Assembly: GCA_963749655.1 (NCBI GenBank)
Contig: CAVVOB010000030.1
Span: forward strand, 192,001-256,000
Origin: Nitrospirota bacterium
GTDB lineage: Bacteria > Nitrospirota > UBA9217
Direction: 5' to 3'
Length of the DNA stretch: 64,000 bases
Shown one piece after another: positions 57,039 through 64,000 of this stretch. Made by a program: the position numbers and the translations under genes. Every line of letters starts with the position of its first letter. Within the stretch, counting starts at the first letter, position 1. The notes beneath the pieces are model-generated. The model ran no database searches, was not told where the DNA came from, and saw only the letters and a program-made list of their open reading frames with translations.

Positions 57039-57584
57039 ATGCCGAAGAATTGGTATGTCGTCCATACATATGCAGGGTTTGAGAATAAGGTGAAGGCCAG
57101 TGTATTGGAGACCGTATCCAAACTTGGTCTCCAGGAAAAAATCGGCCAGATTCTTGTCCCGACCGAAGAAGTCCTGTCCATCAAAGCGGGGAAAAAACGC
57201 AAATCTCAGCGGAAGTTTTTCCCCGGCTATATCCTCGTTGAGATGGAGATGGACGATAATAGCTGGCATATTATCAAAGAAACCCCAAAAGTCACTGGCT
57301 TTGTCGGCGGCAGTACGAACCCGACGCCGTTGAGCGACGATGAAGTAAAGACCATCCTTAAGCAAACCGAGGAAGGCGCGGTGGCTCCGACACAGCCGAA
57401 GCAGGCGTACCAGAAGGGAGACCGCGTCAGGGTGATAGACGGTCCCTTCAGCAGTTTTATCGGGACGGTCGAGGATGTCAATCCTGCACACGGCAGACTT
57501 CGGGTCATGGTGAGCATTTTTGGCCGCTCTACACCGGTTGAACTTGAGTTTTTGCAGGTAGAGCGGGAAAAAGAAACAAAGTAA
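57039..57584 (+). CDS. nusG: Transcription factor NusG
   Basis: [30 protein letters not shown]. Confidence 0.97.
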   Translation: MPKNWYVVHTYAGFENKVKASVLETVSKLGLQEKIGQILVPTEEVLSIKAGKKRKSQRKFFPGYILVEMEMDDNSWHIIKETPKVTGFVGGSTNPTPLSDDEVKTILKQTEEGAVAPTQPKQAYQKGDRVRVIDGPFSSFIGTVEDVNPAHGRLRVMVSIFGRSTPVELEFLQVEREKETK

Positions 57585-57640
57585 TGCGATGTAAAATATA
57601 TCGCAGGCTGATAGTTTAATAAACACACAGGAGTCTATAG

Positions 57641-58066
57641 ATGGCTAAAGAAATTACAGCAAAAATCAAACTTCAGGTTCCGGCAGGCAAAGCCAACCCG
57701 GCACCGCCAGTGGGTCCGGCCCTCGGCCAGCATGGCGTCAACATCATGGAGTTCTGCAAATCGTTTAATGCGAAGACGCAGAAGATGGGCGAGACTATCG
57801 TTCCGGTCATCATCACGGTGTATTCAGACCGTTCCTTTACCTTCATTACGAAGACTCCGCCGGCAGCGGAACTATTGAAGAAGGCGGCAGGCATCGTCAA
57901 AGGCTCCGGTGTGCCGAACAAGGACAAGGTCGGGAAAGTTACCCGGTCTCAGATCAGGGAAATTGCCCAGACAAAGCTGCCCGATCTCAATGCTGCTACC
58001 GTAGAGTCTGCTATGCGTATGATTGAAGGCTCAGCAAAAAGCATGGGACTGGAAATCGCTGATTAA
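57641..58066 (+). CDS. rplK: 50S ribosomal protein L11
   Basis: [23 protein letters not shown]. Confidence 0.98.
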   Translation: MAKEITAKIKLQVPAGKANPAPPVGPALGQHGVNIMEFCKSFNAKTQKMGETIVPVIITVYSDRSFTFITKTPPAAELLKKAAGIVKGSGVPNKDKVGKVTRSQIREIAQTKLPDLNAATVESAMRMIEGSAKSMGLEIAD

Positions 58067-58139
58067 TTCGGAATGAGGGATTCGGCGGGATGGACCAAAC
58101 GCCTCCGCATCCGCTGTTCCGTATTTCGCTTTTGAGTAT

Positions 58140-58170
58140 GCGGGAGGCTGACAACAGCCGTTTGAACCGC
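58140..58170 (+). ncRNA. L1-binding leader upstream of rplA
   Basis: GCGGGAGG-hairpin-CCGTTTGAACCGC, resembling L1 mRNA operators. Confidence 0.6.
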
Positions 58171-58181
58171 GAGGAGGAACC

Positions 58182-58883
58182 ATGGCAGGGAAGAAGTTCA
58201 AGGCAGTTGCAGCATTGGTGGAGAGGGAAAAGGAGTACGGAATTGAAGAGGCCGTCGGGCTTGCCAAGAAAACGGCGAGGACAAAATTCGATGAAACCGT
58301 GGACTTAGCCCTCAAGCTTGGCGTAGATCCCAAGCAGGCTGATCAGATGGTGCGGGGAACGGTTGTGCTCCCCCATGGAACCGGGAAAAAAGTACGGATC
58401 CTGGTGTTTGTCAAGGGTGAAAAAGAAAAAGAAGCCCGCGATGCGGGTGCAGACTTTGTCGGTGCCGAGGATCTTGCCGATAAAATCCAGAAGGAAGGTT
58501 GGACTGATTTTGACACGGTCGTAGCCACACCGGATATCATGGGCCTTGTCGGCAGGCTTGGCAAGGTACTTGGCCCACGGGGGCTCATGCCGAATCCGAA
58601 AACCGGCACGGTCACATTCGACGTAACAAAGGCGATTAAGGATATCAGGGCTGGCAAAGTTGAATATCGTGTTGAGAAGGCAGGCATTGTCCATGTACCA
58701 GTGGGGAAAGCCTCTTTTGATGAGAACAAACTGACTGAAAACGCAAAGGCCGTCCTTGAATCGATTCTGAAGGCGAAACCTGCATCGAGCAAGGGGAAAT
58801 ACCTCAAAAGTGCCTCGATATCAACGACGATGGGTCCGGGAATCAAGATGGATACGGCCCAGATTGAAAAACTGGTAGGATAA
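58182..58883 (+). CDS. rplA: 50S ribosomal protein L1
   Basis: [24 protein letters not shown]. Confidence 0.98.
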   Translation: MAGKKFKAVAALVEREKEYGIEEAVGLAKKTARTKFDETVDLALKLGVDPKQADQMVRGTVVLPHGTGKKVRILVFVKGEKEKEARDAGADFVGAEDLADKIQKEGWTDFDTVVATPDIMGLVGRLGKVLGPRGLMPNPKTGTVTFDVTKAIKDIRAGKVEYRVEKAGIVHVPVGKASFDENKLTENAKAVLESILKAKPASSKGKYLKSASISTTMGPGIKMDTAQIEKLVG

Positions 58884-58937
58884 TTTTAGCATCACGAAAA
58901 GCAGTGTTTCCATAAGGTCGATCCCTGAAATCCAGGG

Positions 58938-59070
58938 TGAGGTCCGAGACAGCGGGCACCGGCGATGAACACCAACCACCGGTTTAATTCCAACAGGAGC
59001 CTGCCGAGACCCGGGTCAGAAAAAGAGAGTAAGGTTCATCTGCTGCTTTCTTTTGAGATTCCCGGGATGG
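58938..59070 (+). ncRNA. L10 leader
   Basis: CCGAGACAGCGGG...TTAA...CCTGCCGAGACC upstream of rplJ. Confidence 0.75.
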
Positions 59071-59104
59071 TCATCGGGAATTCTTGAAAGAAAGGAGGAC
59101 AGGT

Positions 59105-59618
59105 TTGAATAAGGAAGAGAAAAAGGAAGCAATAAGCGAACTCCACGAAAAGTTTGCCCGCGCCAAGGCTGCAGTGATAACTGCGTATTCCGGGATCAAC
59201 GTAGAGCAGATTACGGTATCTTCGCTCAAAGCTGAGAAAAGCTCACGTAGAGTACCGCGTCGTGAAGAACACGCTCGCACGGAAGGCCGTGGAAGGAACC
59301 GGGCTGGAACCGCTCAAGGATCATTTCGTCGGGCCTGTGGGGATCGCCCTCGGCTATGAAGATGTGATTGCACCGGCAAAGGTCCTGTCCGAGTTCAGCA
59401 AGGCGCAAGACAAACTACTGCTCAAAGTCGGCGTCCTTGACGGCAAACTGCTTAAACAGGCCGACATTAAGGCTTTGGCAAGCCTGCCGTCGCTCAATGC
59501 GCTTCGGGGCAAGATCGTCGGTCTTCTTCAGGCACCGGCATCGAGGATGGTTGGCGTTCTCGCAGCACCGGGCGGACAGCTTGCCAGGGTCATGAAGGCA
59601 AAAGCAGATAAGGGCTAA
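59105..59618 (+). CDS. rplJ: 50S ribosomal protein L10 (apparent 1-nt insertion near 59217)
   Basis: TTG start after SD; LRSKLR...VVKNTL...LASLPS in the +1 frame. Confidence 0.94.
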
Positions 59619-59689
59619 TTTAAACAACGCATGCGGCGATTGAGCACGCATAGCACAAGAGTTTATACTCGTTCAGGAGGAACAGGAAG

Positions 59690-60067
59690 ATGGCAGATTT
59701 GGCGAAATTGGTTGATGATCTGAGCGGTTTGACCGTTCTTGAAGCAGCGGAATTGAGCAAAATGCTCGAAGAGAAGTGGGGCGTGTCTGCGGCAGCACCC
59801 GTGGCCGTAGCGGCAGCCGGTGCGGCAGGCGGAGCAGCGGCAGCGGCGGAGGAAAAAACAGCATTCGATGTGATCCTGGTCAATGCTGGCGCACAGAAGA
59901 TCAACGTGATCAAGGTCGTGCGTGAGCTCACCGGGCTCGGCCTGAAGGAAGCAAAAGATCTCGTGGAAGGTGCCCCGAAGCCGGTTAAAACCGGTGTTTC
60001 CAAGGAAGATGCCGAGACCATGAAAAAGAAGTTGGCCGAGGCAGGCGCAACCGTCGAGGTTAAGTAA
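59690..60067 (+). CDS. rplL: 50S ribosomal protein L7/L12
   Basis: [27 protein letters not shown]. Confidence 0.98.
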   Translation: MADLAKLVDDLSGLTVLEAAELSKMLEEKWGVSAAAPVAVAAAGAAGGAAAAAEEKTAFDVILVNAGAQKINVIKVVRELTGLGLKEAKDLVEGAPKPVKTGVSKEDAETMKKKLAEAGATVEVK

Positions 60068-60094
60068 GCGAGCAGCACTTTAGTTGTATCAGCC

Positions 60095-60139
60095 AAGTCC
60101 TTGCCCTCCGGAATCGGTCCGGAGGGCAGAGGACTTTTT
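60095..60139 (+). terminator. Intrinsic terminator/attenuator between rplL and rpoB
   Basis: AAGTCCTTGCCCTCCGGA/TCCGGAGGGCAGAGGACTT stem plus T-run. Confidence 0.8.
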
Positions 60140-60299
60140 GCGTTTCTAGATACTGGATGTCTTTACACCGTTTTACAGGCAATTAAAGCGGAAAAATGCG
60201 CAGTGACAAATGCACATGGGCTCCAAAGCGTTGTGCAAGGGCAATTAGCCGGTCTGCATTTTTCATTGTGCATTTAAACGTCGTATGAGGGGTGCGAAT

Positions 60300-63200
60300 A
60301 TGTCAAAAGAAAAAAGAGAACTTGTCCGTGCGAGGAAGGATTTCTCCCGGATTCCGACGATTCTGGAAATCCCCGACCTGATTGAGATCCAAAAGAAGTC
60401 CTATGATTACTTTCTTCAGAAGGACGTTGCGTCGGATAAGAGAAAAGATATGGGCCTGCAGGCGGCCTTTAAGAGCGTCTATCCCATTTACGATTTCAAC
60501 GAAACGGCGATGGTGGACTACCTCGGGTATTCGCTGGGGGATCCGAAATACAGTATTTGGGAGTGCCTTCAGCGCGGCGCCACATATGCTGCTCCGCTCA
60601 AGATCAAGACACGGCTGGTGTTCTTTGAGAAAGATGAACAGACGGCCACCAAGCGCGTCAAAGACATCAAAGAACAGGAGGTCTATGTCGGCGACCTTCC
60701 CCTCATGACCGAAACCGGGACCTTTATCGTCAACGGAACCGAACGCGTCGTGGTGAGTCAGCTCCACCGGTCTCCTGGTGCCTTCTTCACTCATGATAAG
60801 GGCAGAACCCACGCCAGCGGCAAGATCCTCTATTCAGCCCGCATTATTCCCTATCGCGGCTCATGGCTTGATTTCGAATTCGATGTCAAGGACATCGTGT
60901 ATGTGCGCATCGACCGCCGGAGAAAGATCCCCGCCACGATCCTCCTTAAAGCGTTCGGATACTCGAACGAGGATCTGCTGAGGATGTATTACCCTATTGA
61001 GGACATCCGTATCAAGAAAGACGGATTTACTCGCGGAGTACTGGCCGATGTTCTTGCGGGACTCAAGTCACCGGTCACCATCACCGATAAAAATACGCGG
61101 GAACAGATCGTAAAAGAAGGCGCCAAGATAACCCGCGTGGCCATTAAGAAAATGGAAACCGCGGGCATCACCGAGATTCCTATTCCGCGCGAAGAACTGA
61201 TCGACCGTGTTGTTTTGAGAGATGTGATAGATCCTGAGACAGGTGAAGTTCTTCTGCCGGCCAACGAAAAGATCACCGACGCCCTTCTTGCCAAGTTAGC
61301 AGAGACTAAGGTTGAGAAAATGGAAGTCATTTACATGGACGGCATCCATGTGATCGGCGCTATTCGTGATACGCTTCTTTCGGACAAGGTGCAGACGTCT
61401 GACGAGGCACTTCTGGAAATCTACCGCAAGATGCGTCCCGGCGAACCGCCTACGATCGATATGGCACGTAATCTCTTCTCCGGCATGTTCTTCAATGCGA
61501 AGCGCTATGATCTCTCGCCGGTCGGCCGGTTGAAATTGAACAAGAAGCTCAAACTCGACATTCCGATCGAAAAAACCACGCTCACCGCGCAGGACGTCGT
61601 GGAGGTGATCCGCTACCTCGTCAATCTCCGGACCGGCAAGGGTGAGGTGGATGATATCGATCATCTCGGCAACCGCCGAGTGCGGTCCGTCGGAGAACTG
61701 CTCGAGAACCAGATCCGTATTGGCCTGGCCCGCATGGAGCGCGCCATCAAGGAGCGCATGAGCCTTCAGGATATAGATACACTCATGCCGCACGATATCA
61801 TCAATCCGAAGCCGGTCATCGCCGCGATCAAGGAATTTTTCGGATCGAGTCAGCTGTCCCAGTTCATGGATCAAACCAATCCTCTGGCGGAGATCACGCA
61901 CAAGCGCAGGCTCTCAGCGCTGGGACCGGGCGGTCTCACGCGAGAACGGGCGGGTTTCGAAGTACGTGACGTACACACGACCCATTACGGCAGAATCTGT
62001 CCTATCGAAACGCCGGAAGGCCCGAACATAGGACTTATCGTATCGCTCGCGACCTATGCCCGCGTGAATGATTACGGCTTCATCGAAGCGCCGTACCGGA
62101 AGGTAAAAGCCGGGAAGGTGACCGACGAGATCGAATATCTTTCAGCCGTGGACGGCGAAAATTTCGTCGTTGCCCAGGCCAATACGCCGATCGACGGTCG
62201 CGGCAAGATTGCCGTGGAAAGCGTGTCTGCCCGCGTGGGAGGCGAATTCAAGCTGGTCAGCGCCGAAGAAGTGCAGTACATGGACGTTTCTCCGAAACAG
62301 ATCGTTTCAGTGTCCGCGGCGCTCATTCCCTTTCTCGAAAACGACGACGCGAACCGCGCACTCATGGGATCGAACATGCAGCGCCAGGCAGTCCCGCTGC
62401 TCAGACCTCAGGCCCCTGTTGTGGGTACCGGTATGGAGCGCGTTGCCGCCCGTGACTCCGGTGCCATCGTTTCGGCCAAGCGGGACGGGATCGTTGAAGC
62501 CGTTGACTCCACGCGGATCACCGTCAAAGGTGAGGATGCAAAGGGCAGGACGGTCATCGATGCGTATCCGCTCACGAAATTTTATCGGTCGAACCAGAAC
62601 ACCTGTATGAACCAAAAACCGATCGTGCGGATCGGCGATAAGATCAAAAAAGGGCAGGTTATTGCCGACGGTCCGGCGACGGATCTGGGCGAACTGGCTC
62701 TTGGCCAGAATGTGCTCGTGGCATTCATGCCTTGGAGTGGGTACAATTACGAAGACGCGATCATCATCAGCGAGAAGCTTGTGAAGGAAGACCGGTATAC
62801 TTCGATCCATATCGAAGAGTTCGAGATCGAGGCCCGGGACACGAAACTCGGCAAGGAAGAGATCACCCGCGACATACCGAACCTGGGTGAAGAGACACTT
62901 CGGAACCTCGACGAGAACGGCATCATCCGCATCGGTGCGGAAGTGATGCCCGGCGACATTCTTATCGGCAAGGTAACACCGAAGGGGGAAACGCAACTTA
63001 CTCCCGAGGAAAAGCTCCTTCGCGCCATTTTCGGCGAAAAGGCCGGCGATGTGCGGGATGCTTCGCTCTATGCACCTCCGGGCATTGAAGGGACGGTCAT
63101 CGACGTTAAGGTCTTCTCACGGAAAGGTGAAGACAAAAACGAGCGGCTCAAAACACAAGAGAGCGAGGAGATTGCCCGGCTGCAGAAGGAATATCAGGAC

Positions 63201-64000
63201 GAAATGCGCGCCGTCAAGGAAGACAAGTACAAGCGCGTGCGACGGCTTTTGAGCGGCAAGACCGCGGCCGACAAGATAATTAATTCCAAGACAGGCAAGA
63301 CAGAGTTGGCCAAGGGGAAGAAGATCACCGCAGAGATCCTGGACAAGCTGCCTGAGAAGGATCTCGCAAAGATCAAGGTGGAATCGGAGGATTATCCCGC
63401 CAAGCTTCAGGAGATTCTGGACAATTCCGAGAACCAGCTCAGCATTCTCGAAGCCATTTATGACGAGAAGATCGGCAGGCTGAAACGCGGCGACGATCTT
63501 CCCCCCGGAGTGGTCAAACTTGTTAAGGTGTACGTGGCGATGAAGCGTAAGCTGTCGGTCGGTGACAAAATGGCAGGCCGCCACGGGAACAAGGGTGTGG
63601 TCTCTCGAATCGTGCCCGAGGAAGACATGCCCTACATGCCTGATGGAACCCCGGTCGAGATCGTGTTGAACCCGCTCGGCGTGCCCTCTCGTATGAACGT
63701 TGGACAGATCCTCGAGACTCACTTGGGTTGGGCTGCGAAGGCACTCGGCCTGCATGTGGCCACGCCAGTGTTCGACGGCGCCTCGGAAGACCGCATCAAG
63801 GCCATGCTGAAGGAAGCAAAGCTGCACATCAGCGGTCAGTCGCAGCTTTTTGATGGCCGGACCGGAGATCCTTTTGATAAGCCGGTGACCATTGGCTACA
63901 TGTACATGTTGAAGCTGCATCATCTCGTAGACGACAAGCTGCATGCGCGTTCAATCGGACCCTATTCGCTTGTGACACAGCAACCGTTGGGCGGCAAAGC
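60300..64000 (+). CDS. rpoB: RNA polymerase beta subunit (3' end outside the window)
   Basis: [59 protein letters not shown]. Confidence 0.98.
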   Translation, partial: MSKEKRELVRARKDFSRIPTILEIPDLIEIQKKSYDYFLQKDVASDKRKDMGLQAAFKSVYPIYDFNETAMVDYLGYSLGDPKYSIWECLQRGATYAAPLKIKTRLVFFEKDEQTATKRVKDIKEQEVYVGDLPLMTETGTFIVNGTERVVVSQLHRSPGAFFTHDKGRTHASGKILYSARIIPYRGSWLDFEFDVKDIVYVRIDRRRKIPATILLKAFGYSNEDLLRMYYPIEDIRIKKDGFTRGVLADVLAGLKSPVTITDKNTREQIVKEGAKITRVAIKKMETAGITEIPIPREELIDRVVLRDVIDPETGEVLLPANEKITDALLAKLAETKVEKMEVIYMDGIHVIGAIRDTLLSDKVQTSDEALLEIYRKMRPGEPPTIDMARNLFSGMFFNAKRYDLSPVGRLKLNKKLKLDIPIEKTTLTAQDVVEVIRYLVNLRTGKGEVDDIDHLGNRRVRSVGELLENQIRIGLARMERAIKERMSLQDIDTLMPHDIINPKPVIAAIKEFFGSSQLSQFMDQTNPLAEITHKRRLSALGPGGLTRERAGFEVRDVHTTHYGRICPIETPEGPNIGLIVSLATYARVNDYGFIEAPYRKVKAGKVTDEIEYLSAVDGENFVVAQANTPIDGRGKIAVESVSARVGGEFKLVSAEEVQYMDVSPKQIVSVSAALIPFLENDDANRALMGSNMQRQAVPLLRPQAPVVGTGMERVAARDSGAIVSAKRDGIVEAVDSTRITVKGEDAKGRTVIDAYPLTKFYRSNQNTCMNQKPIVRIGDKIKKGQVIADGPATDLGELALGQNVLVAFMPWSGYNYEDAIIISEKLVKEDRYTSIHIEEFEIEARDTKLGKEEITRDIPNLGEETLRNLDENGIIRIGAEVMPGDILIGKVTPKGETQLTPEEKLLRAIFGEKAGDVRDASLYAPPGIEGTVIDVKVFSRKGEDKNERLKTQESEEIARLQKEYQDEMRAVKEDKYKRVRRLLSGKTAADKIINSKTGKTELAKGKKITAEILDKLPEKDLAKIKVESEDYPAKLQEILDNSENQLSILEAIYDEKIGRLKRGDDLPPGVVKLVKVYVAMKRKLSVGDKMAGRHGNKGVVSRIVPEEDMPYMPDGTPVEIVLNPLGVPSRMNVGQILETHLGWAAKALGLHVATPVFDGASEDRIKAMLKEAKLHISGQSQLFDGRTGDPFDKPVTIGYMYMLKLHHLVDDKLHARSIGPYSLVTQQPLGGK

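Overview
Core-genome window of a GC-rich bacterium; gene content and order suggest Nitrospirota or a deltaproteobacteria-like lineage (inference). It carries gltX, a split atpBE, rpsB-tsf-pyrH-frr, rplM-rpsI-argC-argJ, rpsU-yqeY-mutS2-dnaG-rpoD-tRNA(CAT)-zinc ribbon-rnhA-rnpB-smr-mutY-radical SAM, a RAM-domain gene plus trpB2, a 13-heme cytochrome plus Crp, split transketolase, ftsEX-envC-ctpA, CIRCE-groESL, hemEHY, cysS-rlmB and the tRNA-tuf-secE-nusG-rplKAJL-rpoB cluster (rpoB runs off the end). No prophage, transposase or CRISPR array was seen. Eight single-base frameshifts, several in essential genes, most likely reflect an unpolished assembly. The best unexplained signals are recurrent degenerate 7-bp-period (and one 9-bp-period) arrays at gene junctions inside operons, a sigma54-driven pair of paralogous glycine-rich membrane proteins, three apparently leaderless genes, and co-occurring MutS2, SmrB-like and RqcP-like ribosome-rescue factors. 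All calls come from reading the sequence; no database search was run.
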